Shown here: positions 10,262-22,486 of the stretch, one piece after another
Position numbering within the stretch: position 1 is the first letter of the stretch
Layout of the letters: each line of letters opens with the position of its first letter
DNA from: an uncultured delta proteobacterium
GTDB lineage: Bacteria > Desulfobacterota > Binatia > Binatales > Binataceae
Reading direction: 5' to 3'
DNA length: 64,000 nt
Assembly (NCBI GenBank): GCA_963724765.1
Contig: CAVRVY010000003.1
Location: forward strand, 32,001-96,000
Notes under the pieces: generated by a model
The model's database searches: none
Told to the model about the DNA's origin: nothing
Seen by the model: only the letters and a program-made list of their open reading frames with translations
Program-made: the position numbers and the translations under genes

Positions 10262-11113
10262 CTAAACAGCCCGCTCGGTGGCGTCGGCGATCTCGCTCAG
10301 CGTTGCGAACCAGGCGCCGCGCTCCTTCATATGGACGATAAGCTCCTCGAGCCGCGTTATCATGTGCGCCCGTCCGATCGACTGCGGATGGACGACAAAG
10401 GCGTAGCAGGCACCTTCCTCGTTGGCGACCGCATAGTCGAAGATTGCTTTCCATCGGTCGAGCAGGTCATGCGCAGGACGCATCCCCTCCTGGAAGCCAA
10501 GGATGAATTCGACTTGCGAGAAATCGGTCAGGTACCACTGTCCGGGAATCTCCAGGATGCGGCCCGGCGGGCCGAACACATTGCCGCGCTCGGCGTGCAC
10601 CTCGACCGGACGAATCCAATAGGGATGAAAATTATTCGCGAGCAGGCTGCTATCGACTTCGAAACCGTAGCGCTCCAGCAGCCCCAGCGTATTCTCACTG
10701 AAATCCCAGTACGGCGCGCGGTAGGTACGAGGTTTCACGCCAATCCGGGCCAGCGCCTCCAGGCCCAGCTCCATCACCTTGATTTCCTCTTGCAGCTTCA
10801 GTGGCTGAGGGTTTTCGTGAGCGTAGCCGTGATGCCCAATCTCGTGTCCCACGGCCGCGACTTCGCGGCACAGCTCGGGCCAGGTGTCGATTGTATGGCC
10901 CGGGATGCAGAACGTGCTTCTGACCTTGTACTTGTCGAACAGGCGCATCAGGCGCGGCAGCCCGACCTCAGCGCCGAATTCGCCGCGCGACATGTAGGCG
11001 GGTGAAGTACGCTTGAGGCATATCCACAGCGACTGGGCGTCGAAATCGCATCCGAGGTTTACCGCTATCTTCTTGCCCGCGGGAATTTTGACCTTACCCC
11101 AAACCTGCGGCAT
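10262..11113 (-). CDS. Polysaccharide deacetylase (PuuE/HpPgdA-like)
   Basis: CDFDA, SRGEFGAEVGLPRL, TFCIPG, GHEIGHHGYAHE, RAPYW, HPQSIGR. Confidence 0.85.
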   Translation of the reverse strand: MPQVWGKVKIPAGKKIAVNLGCDFDAQSLWICLKRTSPAYMSRGEFGAEVGLPRLMRLFDKYKVRSTFCIPGHTIDTWPELCREVAAVGHEIGHHGYAHENPQPLKLQEEIKVMELGLEALARIGVKPRTYRAPYWDFSENTLGLLERYGFEVDSSLLANNFHPYWIRPVEVHAERGNVFGPPGRILEIPGQWYLTDFSQVEFILGFQEGMRPAHDLLDRWKAIFDYAVANEEGACYAFVVHPQSIGRAHMITRLEELIVHMKERGAWFATLSEIADATERAV

Positions 11114-11263
11114 AAAACCCTCCTGCGAATTTCGTCTGTCTTGAAGCCATACGCGCGGCTGGCTCTGATTTGCAAGCGTATCGGAGTGGAGCTTTTAGGC
11201 TTGACGCCATCGACGGGACTGCGATGCAATGCAGCTCTGGTCAGGACACCCTGGGAGGACGCG

Positions 11264-12442
11264 ATGGCGAAAACGGCCGATGTGGTGATTGTCGGCGCGG
11301 GCGTGATGGGCGCCAGCATCGCCTTTAACCTGGCCCAGCGCGGGGTCTCAAACGTGGCCGTCTTAGAGAAGAGCTTCATCGCCGCCGGCGCCACCGGCAA
11401 GAGTTCCGCATGCGTGCGGCAGCATTACTCGACCGAAGTCGGTGCGCGGATGGTAATGCGCAGCCTGGAGATCTTCCAGAACTTCTCAGAGATCGTCGGC
11501 GGACCGGCTGGATTCGTGAAGACCGGCTACCTGATGGGCGTCGGCGAGCGCGACCATAAGGCGCTCAAGAAGGTAGTCGCGATGCAGCAGGCGGTGGGAA
11601 TCAAGACCTCGCTGCTGTCGCCGAAAGAAATCAGGGAAATCGAGCCGCGGGTGTCGATTCATGACCTCGCGGCCGGGGCATGGGAGCCGGATTCGGGTTA
11701 CGCCGATCCTTCGGATACGACCAACGCTTTCATGCGGCGCGCTCGCGAGATGGGTGTTCGTCTATATCAAAACACCCAGGTCACCGGGTTGAAGACGACC
11801 GCGGGAGCGATAGCGGAGGTAACTACGAGCCATGACAGTTTTTCCGCTCCCACGGTGATTAATGCCGCGGGCGTATGGGGAGACCGGATTGGCGCGATGT
11901 TGGGAATCCACATTCCGATAACTGTCTGCCGCCATCAGATCCGGCTAATCAAGCGCCCCGAAGCGGCCTCCGCGCGTCACCCGATGTTCTACGACTTTGA
12001 ACATCAATTTTACTCCAGGCCCGAGGGTAGAGACCTCACCCTTATCGGTACCTTGGACCCTGCCGAGATCAACGACCGGATAGATCCGGACGGCTACAAC
12101 GACGGTGTCGACTCGGAGCAGACTCCGGACGTGGTAGCTGCTTTGTGTGATCGCTTTCCCAGCTTCGAGGCGGGGCATCTGCACAGTGGCTATTCTGGTC
12201 CCTTCGACGTGACCCCCGATTGGCATCCGATTATCGACGAGGCGCCCGGCGTTCGTGGCTTCTATCTCGCGCTAGGATTCAGCGGCCACGGATTCAAACT
12301 GTCGCCGGCTGTGGGCGAGATGGTCGCCGAGCTGGTGATTAACGGCAAGCGAGCGGAGTCCGACGTCAACACGTTCCGTTACAGCCGCTTTGCCGAAAAT
12401 CAGCCGGTGCGCGGCATGTACGATGAAGGGCTCATGGGCTGA
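11264..12442 (+). CDS. FAD-dependent amine oxidoreductase (sarcosine oxidase beta / DAO family)
   Basis: VVIVGAGVMG dinucleotide fold, GATGKSSA, TPDWHPII, GFSGHGFKLSPAVG. GGAGG RBS before ATG 11264. Confidence 0.9.
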   Translation: MAKTADVVIVGAGVMGASIAFNLAQRGVSNVAVLEKSFIAAGATGKSSACVRQHYSTEVGARMVMRSLEIFQNFSEIVGGPAGFVKTGYLMGVGERDHKALKKVVAMQQAVGIKTSLLSPKEIREIEPRVSIHDLAAGAWEPDSGYADPSDTTNAFMRRAREMGVRLYQNTQVTGLKTTAGAIAEVTTSHDSFSAPTVINAAGVWGDRIGAMLGIHIPITVCRHQIRLIKRPEAASARHPMFYDFEHQFYSRPEGRDLTLIGTLDPAEINDRIDPDGYNDGVDSEQTPDVVAALCDRFPSFEAGHLHSGYSGPFDVTPDWHPIIDEAPGVRGFYLALGFSGHGFKLSPAVGEMVAELVINGKRAESDVNTFRYSRFAENQPVRGMYDEGLMG

Positions 12443-13160
12443 GCGAGGGCAAAAACGCATACCAGCCAAGTCAAGAACGCAACCGTCGCCGTTTCCAGTG
12501 GCACACCTCCACGGCCTGGTCATTCCGGACGAGGGTTTCGGTAGGGCACAGCTATACATCACGCGCGTCGGAAATCGCGGTGCCTGGCCGTTCACGGAAA
12601 GCGCAGCAACCCTTGTCAGGGCCACCGATCTGATATGGAGCGGTCATCTGGAGCTCGGACTTCGCCACGCTCGTGGCTCAAAACTTCAGGCTAGCGCATG
12701 GTCGCGCGGGATTTCATCACGCTACCACGTGAAAAACACCTATGCCTCCCGAAAACCTCATCCTGGATGACGCGCGGGTCAGCGTATGGTAATGAAGCGG
12801 CCGATGGTCGCGTTTCTGACTCAGCTGCTGCTTGCTATCCGGTCGCGGTTCACGCGGCGAGCGCGGCTTGAGGCCGAGAATCTCCTCCTGCGCCAACAAC
12901 TGGTAGTTCTACGGCGCAAGTTCCCGAAGCGCGTGAGACTGTGGAACATCGATCGCTTGCTGTTGGTATGGCTGTATCGACTGTACCCCTCGCTCCTGGA
13001 CGCGATCATCATCGTCCAGCCGGAGACCGTGCTCCGCTGGCACCGACGTGGTTTCCGCGCCTATTGGCGCTGGAAGTCCCGCCACGTCGGCGGCCGTCCA
13101 AGGATCGATTGCGAGATGCGAGCGCTGATCCGGCGGGGATGAGCCGCGAGAACCCGCTGT

Positions 13161-13430
13161 GGGGCGCACCGCCACCACCAGCTCGGTCTTGCTCACATCG
13201 ATCCCAACATAGACATCCTCCTCCATCACCCTGCTCCTTACTCCGCGTCCTACCCGTCCTTGTACATGCGGGCTTCTGCCTTGCGCGCGGCCCTGTCAAC
13301 TGTTCGAGCTGCGGACGCTTGAATTAGCGGACGCGACGATCCTGGCTAAACCACGGTCTCTTGCCGACCCAGGTTTTTACGGTCTGCCGCGCCCGCTGCT
13401 ATCTTCATACGCCGATTCTCAGATACAAGG
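13161..13430 (-). mobile_element. IS110 (IS621-like) left end: non-coding region plus first ~22 codons of the recombinase
   Basis: (M)MEEDVYVGIDVSKTELVVAVR is the IS110 DEDD N-terminal motif, with AAGGAG RBS. The element end reads CCTTGTATCT on the minus strand. Confidence 0.85.
13245..13410 (-). ncRNA. Putative IS110 bridge RNA
   Basis: Minus strand: GCAGACCG-TAAAAACCT-GGGTC..GACCGTG-GTTTAG (target loop) and CTCGA-ACAGTTGAC-AGGGC..GCCCGC-ATGTACAAG-G (donor loop). Same layout as the IS621 bridge RNA, recalled from the literature. Confidence 0.75.
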
Positions 13431-13751
13431 TTTTGACTAAGCACAGGGGTAAACGCTCCAACCGCGAGGCGGAGCCCGTCGAGATGCATCATCATCTGCC
13501 AGAGAAGTCCGCGGATGAGATCACGCGCGGGTCCTGGTCACACCTAAAGGGGGCCGCTTTGGGCGTCGCGTGCTGGACTGGTCCCGCGTGTTGGTCGGAA
13601 CTTTTTTCCCATGGTCGGAAGTTAAAGAGCGGGGTAGCCTACGACGGCGCTGCCGTGAACACTCCAGGCAAATATTGCATCTTCTGGTTTGCTTTAGTCG
13701 CGCCGAAGGACTAGACCGATTTCAGTCGTCTAATTTGGATGTTGTCTGCCT

Positions 13752-15134
13752 TTGTCGATGGAGGTCGCGGTGACTCCGAGCAAGGCTGGCCAGGCGTTCG
13801 TAGCAAGGGGCGTGAGTGCTATGGGACAGTGCCCAAGGGCGCTCGCACTCCTGGCGGTAGCGGTCGCGCTCGTCGCGGCGACCGTGTCCGTACGCTGGAC
13901 GAAGATCAGCACGTCGTTCCGTTTGCCCTTTCCGCTAGCCATCACCGACCCCTCGATGACCGTGATCAGCGCCATGGTCGAGCGCGGCGATCTATGGGGA
14001 GCCACCGCACGGGTTGGAAGCTCTTATCATTTCGACAAGCCGGCGGGCCTGATGGCATTGCGCTCGTTTTCGGTGCTCGTGCTGCGCCGCGGACTTCAGG
14101 AGTACGACCCATACGAGCGCTGCTATGCGACGAGCGCTTTAGCGTCAGCCGGTGACCGGGACGAGATCGCGCAACTGGTGAAAATCTTCCAGAGCACCCG
14201 AAAGCTCGGCCTGCAGATGGCCGTCGCGGACGGGCTGGGAGACGTTGGCGACGCGGACGCGGTGGAGGCGCTGGGTCGGCTTTACAGCTGGACCGCGCCT
14301 TCATACCGACGAATCGTGGTCAATGGAGCCGCGGAGGCCCACGATCCCGGAGCAGTCGAGCTGCTAAGCCGCGCGCTGACCGTATCCGACCGTGCGACGC
14401 GACTGACCGCGGCGAAGGGACTCGGCGAGGTCGGGAACCGCAGCGCCATCCCGGTCCTGAGGCGGTTCCTGGCTACCGCGCAGGACCCTTTCGAAAAGGC
14501 GACGGCCGCTTATTCGCTATTGCGCTTGGGCGACCGCTCCGCGGAGGAGATCGCCGAGCCGATTTTGCGTGGCCATGTCGATGATAATGCCCGGGCGATG
14601 GCGGCGGTGGCGCTCGGTCGTGCGCGCGACCCGCGAGTAGTCGGCCTGCTGAGGGAGGCGATAAGAGATCGCAATATCGACGTGCGAATCGGCGCGGCAG
14701 TGGCGCTTACGCACTATGACGATCCCGCCGGCCCCGAGTACCTGGAGGCGGCCATGCAGGACGAGGACTCGATGACGCGGCTACATGTCGGTCAACTCCT
14801 GGACGAGGTGGAGTTTCAAAACGCGCGCGAGGTTCTGATGGCGGCGGTCGCTTCGCCGGACCCCGAATTGTCAATGCTGGGGATTCGGGCGATCGGCTTG
14901 TCAGGCGGCGCCGGCGAAGTCGGCCTTCTCGTCAGGCTGGCGGACAAAGCCGGGGACCCGATCACTCGCGCCGAGGTGGCGTGGGCGTTGGGCAGAATTG
15001 GCAGTCGTGGCTCTGTCGCGCCACTGATCGCGATGGTCTCGGAGCTTGACCATACCGTGCGTTACACAGCCGCCGACGCGCTCGACCGCACGGCGATGCG
15101 GCTTTTGCAAAGCGAATCGGCCGGCGGCGCGTGA
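13752..15134 (+). CDS. Membrane-anchored HEAT-repeat (PBS-lyase-like) protein
   Basis: N-terminal hydrophobic segment and repeated helix pairs (RLTAAKGLGEVG, RAMAAVALGR, VRIGAAVAL, RAEVAWALGRIG, VRYTAADAL). Confidence 0.8.
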   Translation: MSMEVAVTPSKAGQAFVARGVSAMGQCPRALALLAVAVALVAATVSVRWTKISTSFRLPFPLAITDPSMTVISAMVERGDLWGATARVGSSYHFDKPAGLMALRSFSVLVLRRGLQEYDPYERCYATSALASAGDRDEIAQLVKIFQSTRKLGLQMAVADGLGDVGDADAVEALGRLYSWTAPSYRRIVVNGAAEAHDPGAVELLSRALTVSDRATRLTAAKGLGEVGNRSAIPVLRRFLATAQDPFEKATAAYSLLRLGDRSAEEIAEPILRGHVDDNARAMAAVALGRARDPRVVGLLREAIRDRNIDVRIGAAVALTHYDDPAGPEYLEAAMQDEDSMTRLHVGQLLDEVEFQNAREVLMAAVASPDPELSMLGIRAIGLSGGAGEVGLLVRLADKAGDPITRAEVAWALGRIGSRGSVAPLIAMVSELDHTVRYTAADALDRTAMRLLQSESAGGA

Positions 15135-15231
15135 ACTAAGAAAGCGCGGCAGTAAAGGAAAGAGGGAGGAGGATATCGGTTTATGAGTTGAGAAGTCTCG
15201 AAACGAGTACGAGGGAGGACAGCGAAAGGTT

Positions 15232-16692
15232 ATGTCGATCAAACCGAGGATGACTGAGGCGGCGGGACTCAAGTATATGGCGCTGGCAGGGCTGTTGGTC
15301 ATTGCCGCTGCCTTGCTTTGCGTACGTCCCGCCATGGCGCAAGACGTCAAAAGCTATACCCGGGCCACCTTCGACCAGTGGATGGCCAAGTACAAGGATG
15401 CCAAGCCCGACTTCAAAGTGGGCGACGTGTTGACCGCAAAAGATCTCGAGCGCATGCGGCCTTTCATCTTTCCGGGCTACCTCGAGCAGCTCAACTTTCC
15501 CGAGTTCAGGGCGCCGATCGCAGCGCCCGTGGACCACACTCCGCGCAAGGACTACATGGCTTGCACGGAAAAGTACCAGTCGCAGGTAAGGTTGCTCCCC
15601 GACCACACGGTGGGCAACTACGTCTGTGGACAGCCCTTCCCTAATGACTCGATCAAAGAGGGCGACCCGGACTCAGGTTGGAGAGCGGTGTGGAATTACG
15701 AGTACAGATGGCAGAACTTTGGCTTCTCGTGCATGTGCCCTGCCACTTGGGACCGATTTGGCGGCACGCACGACATTCCGTCGTGGGAGCTGCCTCCGAC
15801 CGATTGGGTGGCCAGCGCAGGTTGGGCGGATTCGGGCGTCCATCCGGTGCTGCCGTCGGCGGAGGTGTTGAAAATGATCTATGGCGGCGGCGGAAACTTC
15901 CAGCGCACTCTGGACGCCTTCTATCGAAAAGTCTTTTACACTCACCTCGCGATGCTCGAGAACCATACGCTACCGGTGCCCGGCGCAGCGCAGTTCGAGT
16001 TCAAAGAATTTACCGGCTTCTACTCGCCGTTTGACATCCGCGGCACCGCGTTCATCATCTACCGCTACGCCGACCCGCATCGCGAAGACGACGGCTGGGC
16101 CTACATTCCCAACCTGCGCCGCGTGCGACGTATTTCGGCCGAGGTCAAGTCGGACTCGCTGCTGGGCACCGACCATACGCTGGAGGACTTCTACAGCTTC
16201 TCCGGCCGTGAACTCGAGTGGCACTGGCGTTTCCTCGGATGGAAGGACCAGCTTGCGGTTCTCGATTCCGTGCACGAGTACTCTTATCTGTACGGGCCCA
16301 ATGGGATCATCCCGAATGATACGTGGACGATGCGCCGCTTCGCGGTCATGGAGCGCACCCCGCTCAGCGAGCGTCATCCGTACAAGAGCGTCGTGGAAGA
16401 TTGGGATTCGCAGAACTACGACGCGTGGCTGATGGAGTCTTTCGACCACAAGGACAAGCTCTGGAAGGTCTGGGAATTCCAGAAGAAGTGGAGCGAAAGC
16501 TTCGATCCGAACGGCTGGCAGGCGCCCATCAACAAGGGCGCCTATTCGACCGAGTTCCAGTCGGTCCAGGTGCTCGACGTGCAGAACGATCGCGGCACCA
16601 TCTGGATCGTCCCCGGCGGATTCCCGAACCTGAAGGGACCCGAAGCGGAGAAGCTGTACGACATCAACAAGCTCGAACAGATCCACCGCTAG
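15232..16692 (+). CDS. DUF1329-domain exported protein
   Basis: Signal peptide, GQPFP, PFDIRG, DDGWAYIPNLRRVRRIS, GTDHTLED, HPY, D..DKLWKVW. Confidence 0.85.
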   Translation: MSIKPRMTEAAGLKYMALAGLLVIAAALLCVRPAMAQDVKSYTRATFDQWMAKYKDAKPDFKVGDVLTAKDLERMRPFIFPGYLEQLNFPEFRAPIAAPVDHTPRKDYMACTEKYQSQVRLLPDHTVGNYVCGQPFPNDSIKEGDPDSGWRAVWNYEYRWQNFGFSCMCPATWDRFGGTHDIPSWELPPTDWVASAGWADSGVHPVLPSAEVLKMIYGGGGNFQRTLDAFYRKVFYTHLAMLENHTLPVPGAAQFEFKEFTGFYSPFDIRGTAFIIYRYADPHREDDGWAYIPNLRRVRRISAEVKSDSLLGTDHTLEDFYSFSGRELEWHWRFLGWKDQLAVLDSVHEYSYLYGPNGIIPNDTWTMRRFAVMERTPLSERHPYKSVVEDWDSQNYDAWLMESFDHKDKLWKVWEFQKKWSESFDPNGWQAPINKGAYSTEFQSVQVLDVQNDRGTIWIVPGGFPNLKGPEAEKLYDINKLEQIHR

Positions 16693-16710
16693 TTGAGTTA
16701 TGTAAGGCGC

Positions 16711-16738
16711 CCTGCCGGGCCCCCCGCGGCCCGGCAGG
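16711..16738 (+). terminator. GC-rich hairpin after the DUF1329 gene (no U-tract)
   Basis: CCTGCCGGGCC...GGCCCGGCAGG 11-bp stem, 18 nt after the stop codon. Confidence 0.4.
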
Positions 16739-17040
16739 ATCTTCGACTTGGGTCTGCTCGCGTCTGCGGTCGGAGTCTTACGCGCCCTTATTCGACGGCA
16801 GGGGGATGAACGGCTGAGTGCATCTCGGCCGACGACCCCTGTCCCTGCTGAAAATTCTCACCCGACAAAAATCGGAGCAGGTGGCAGAGGCCAAGGACGA
16901 CCAGCTGCGATGAACCGGCGCGCGGCGCAGCCTGTACTATAAGCGGCTATCGCGCCAGATCTAAACTTTATCAATACGAGGATTCCGCAGACCGTGGTGC
17001 CGGCCGCGGCGCAACCAATGGCGGGCAGTAGTTGGTGCCG

Positions 17041-18134
17041 TCAGGCCGCGAGGCGCTGGTAACGATGGTGCAACCCGCCGACTTCCGGGGTGGCGATGAC
17101 TCGGCCGCTCTGCGGTGATTGTACGCAGCGCGAGTGCGGACAATCCTTGTCGAGTGAGAGATGCGTTCGGGTCAGGTGATAGTAGCCCACGTATGATGAA
17201 AGGAGGCGGCGCAAATGGCGTTCGTTAAGGATGATGACGTGGTCCAGGCACTCCGCCGGATCGAGCCGATCACGCGCTCGACGTAAGCGTTCTGCCACGG
17301 TGAGCGTGGTGCCGTGACGACCTCAGCGATTCCCATCGCGGCGACTCGCTTGCTGAAGACCGAGCCGTAGGAGGTGTCGCGGTCGCGCAGCAGAAAGCTG
17401 GGAGCCGTGCCCCACGGAAACGCTTCTATTACCTGCTGCGAAAGCCACGCCGCCGTGGGATGCTGCGTAACATCGAACTGCACAATCTTTCTGCGACCGT
17501 GAGCCAGGATGATCATCACGTAGAGCAGTCGAAACGAGACCGACACGACGACGAACATGTCGATGGCGGCGATGCCGATTACTTCGTTGCGCAGGAAGCT
17601 ACGCCATGTCGGTGAAGACGTTCCGATTCGTCGCACCATGTACTTTGCGACCGTGGCTTGGCTGACCTCGATACCGAGCTTCAAGAGCTCGCCGTGGATG
17701 CGGGGCGCACCCCACAGCGGGTTGGCGCTGTTCATCTGCCGGATCAGATCACGAACTTCGCGATCTACTGAGGGCCTTCCAGACCTTGAGCGCCAACGCC
17801 AATAGAGCCGGAAGCCTTGTCGATGCCACTGGACTACGGTGGCTGGCTTTACCAACACCATGAGGTTCAAGCACCGTGGCCAGACCCGGTAAAGCCAGAC
17901 CCGGAGTAAGCGATCGAGCGTGGAGAGCCGGACGCGGCCAGGACGCTGGCGACGCAGCACTGTCAGCTGGTGGCGGAGCGCAATGACCTCGAGCTCCAAT
18001 TTCGCGCGGCTGCGAAACCGACCGACGAGCCATGAAAGAAGCGCCAAGATAAATGCGAGCATGCCCGTGACGCTACGGCCGAGCTAGATAAATCGCTAGA
18101 CTTTTCGAGGCTTTCCGAGTTTTCAATAGGGACA
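17041..18134 (-). mobile_element. IS481-like integrase-core element (second subtype), frameshifted near the 3' end
   Basis: Left end TGTCCCTATTGAAAACTCGG. ORF 17172-18062 has NPLWGAPRIHGELL and PRSPWQNAYVERVIG. The tail ECLDHVII...GGLHHRY is in another frame (17041-17255). Confidence 0.9.
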
Positions 18135-18418
18135 GGGGCCGCTTGCATGAGCAACCGCGGCTTCGTGCTGGGTCTCGTCCCGCTGGATTCGCGCTGAGTC
18201 TAATTCGGCCCGCCCCTACTCGCGACGGCGCGCCGAAACGGCGTTGCGTTCCGGCCATGCTACGGGCGCTTTCGCAGCACGCGCGCGCCACCGTCGAGAT
18301 GCTCGCGGCCGGCAGCGAGATCCGCCCGTCGTGATGACGCCGTTGAATGCGATATGGAGATAGAATCGGGTCTTAAAGCTAAGAGCCGTGCCGGCTCCCT
18401 CTCGGAGGTAACGGAAAC

Positions 18419-18735
18419 ATGCGGCGTGTTTATCCTAGCGAAGTTGTTCGATTCGTCGCGCAGTATTTCCCCGAAGCGGCGGAGGAGATTGAACCAACAA
18501 CCGTCAAGCATTTCGCTTTGCCATGGAGGAAAAAGGGATTCGTACGCGCACTCGTCGAACTGACCGAGGCGCTACCCCAGGACCTGATAAATTTGCAAGC
18601 CGATTCGTATTGCGCATTGCTCTCTGGCGTCGCTGCCCTTCACACTGCCCTTGAAGGATGGTCGCATCCGGAAGAACACGCGATTCAGTGGCTCGATGGA
18701 ATCGGCAACCCTCTGACCATTATTTGGCGCGAGTC
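18419..18735 (+). pseudogene. Hypothetical gene, 3'-truncated by an IS fragment
   Basis: GGAGG RBS and ATG 18419. The frame runs into antisense IS sequence at ~18735. Confidence 0.35.
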
Positions 18736-18993
18736 GATGCCAGCGGAGCACGGTCTCCGGCTGGACGATGATGATCGCGCCCAGGAGCGACGGGTACAGT
18801 CGATACAGCCATACCCACCGCAAGCGATCGATGTTCCACAGTCTCACTCGCGTTGGAGACTTGCGTCGTAGAACCGCGAGCTGTTGGCGCGGGAGGAGAT
18901 TTTCGGCCTCAAGCCGCGCTCGCCGCGTAAATCGCGACCGGATAGCAAGCAGCTCCATCATCAATACGCCCGAGTTTAGGTTTTCAATAGCAC
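18736..18993. mobile_element. Mosaic IS481-like remnant: inverted 5' transposase piece joined to a + strand right end
   Basis: 18736-18950 is minus-strand LLAIRSRFTRRARLEAENL...LRWHR. 18955-18993 is + strand HHQYARV* followed by GGTTTTCAATAGCACA. Confidence 0.75.
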
Positions 18994-19168
18994 AACCCCT
19001 CGTTTCGGTCACCAAGTATCCGTCGTGGGTTTCTCGCCCGGGATCAAGAGGACGGATTCTTCCTCTGCGTGAGCCGCTTCGTCTTCCGGCGGAAGGTCGA
19101 AGACTCCGCATCCTTGCCCGAGTCTTCGACCTTTCCAATAGACGATTGAGCTCTCCTTTCTGCAGAGA

Positions 19169-21448
<2,280 letters not shown>

Positions 21449-21454
21449 TCAGAC

Positions 21455-21979
21455 TCATCGAGGGGTCTCAGATTGCTGTGGTGGGAGCGGTGGGGCGTGC
21501 ATTCGCTTCTCGGCAAGTTGGCACCGCCTGCAGAGAGCATCAATTTCTACCGAACAGCGCAGCAGTGCGAACTGTCCGAGGCTGGTTCTACCCTCGAGAA
21601 GCTTGTCCACTTCGGGTATCTCTACGTCATGCACCCGTCTGCATCGGACGCAAAGGACGTGGTGATGAGGCTCCACGTTGCCGTCATAACGCGCAAAATC
21701 GTGCAGAACCGTTACCTTACGCGCTTCTCCCACTTCGCAAAATTGCTCCAGAATCCGATGGACTGTGGCCAATGATACGTGGGGATGCGTGCGACGTACT
21801 GCCGCACAAATCTCGTGGGGGCTCGGATGGTTCTCCGAAGCGAGCAGGGCCCCTATGACTGCGAGCCGCTGGGGTGTAACGGCAATCCCACGCTTACGAC
21901 ACCGCGCGACGAACTCGCCGAGTCGCTGAACTGAGTACCGCTCACGCGACCGTCGATCCACCAGCCGGAGTTCTCGCAT
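21455..21979 (-). CDS. Fur-family peroxide regulator (FurA/PerR-like) upstream of katG
   Basis: TPQRLAV, HPSP, SLATVHR, PHHHVLCVRC and CRRC zinc motifs. Start codon uncertain. Confidence 0.9.
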   Translation of the reverse strand: MRELRLVDRRSRERYSVQRLGEFVARCRKRGIAVTPQRLAVIGALLASENHPSPHEICAAVRRTHPHVSLATVHRILEQFCEVGEARKVTVLHDFARYDGNVEPHHHVLCVRCRRVHDVEIPEVDKLLEGRTSLGQFALLRCSVEIDALCRRCQLAEKRMHAPPLPPQQSETPR

Positions 21980-22486
21980 AAACCGCTCTTGGCCGACCAA
22001 CGACACTGAACGCGACCGACAACCAGCGCCCGAGAAAAAAGGAGATGACGGCTGACAGGTTGGATAATCTGCAGGTTCAGCCGATACCTGCCCTCACCTG
22101 CAACTAACCACTAAGGCCTACAGCACATCATGTAAGAATGTCAACCTTCGGGTCTCAGGTAAACGGTAATGGCCGACGTCGCGACAGCGCCGCGATATTT
22201 TCAAGCATCGATTCGCACAGACGGGGTCCTCGGTGACTTGGCTGCATGGAATCTAAGGGCAGTGAGGGGTATGACTAAGGAATTCACGGGTCTGACGGAG
22301 TGCGGATCATGATCAAGACATTCCGATCTCGTGGCGCCGAACTGCTGTTTGCCAGAAAATCAGTTGCGTTGTTTCAAGCCATTGAGCTGGCGCAAGGTGT
22401 CGAACTGATTGTCCGGAGAAAACTGGCACAATTGAACGCGGCAGCAGAGCTCCGCGATCTGACCGTGCCGCCGGAAAACTGTCTAG

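Larger units (their letters stand above)
12741..13445 (+). mobile_element. Internally deleted IS481-like element (both ends present) carrying an IS110 remnant
   Basis: Left end TATGCCTCCCGAAAACCTCATCC and 5' transposase 12786-13170 (frameshifted). Right end GGTTTTGACTAAGCACA identical to that of the 25072-26168 copy. Confidence 0.85.
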
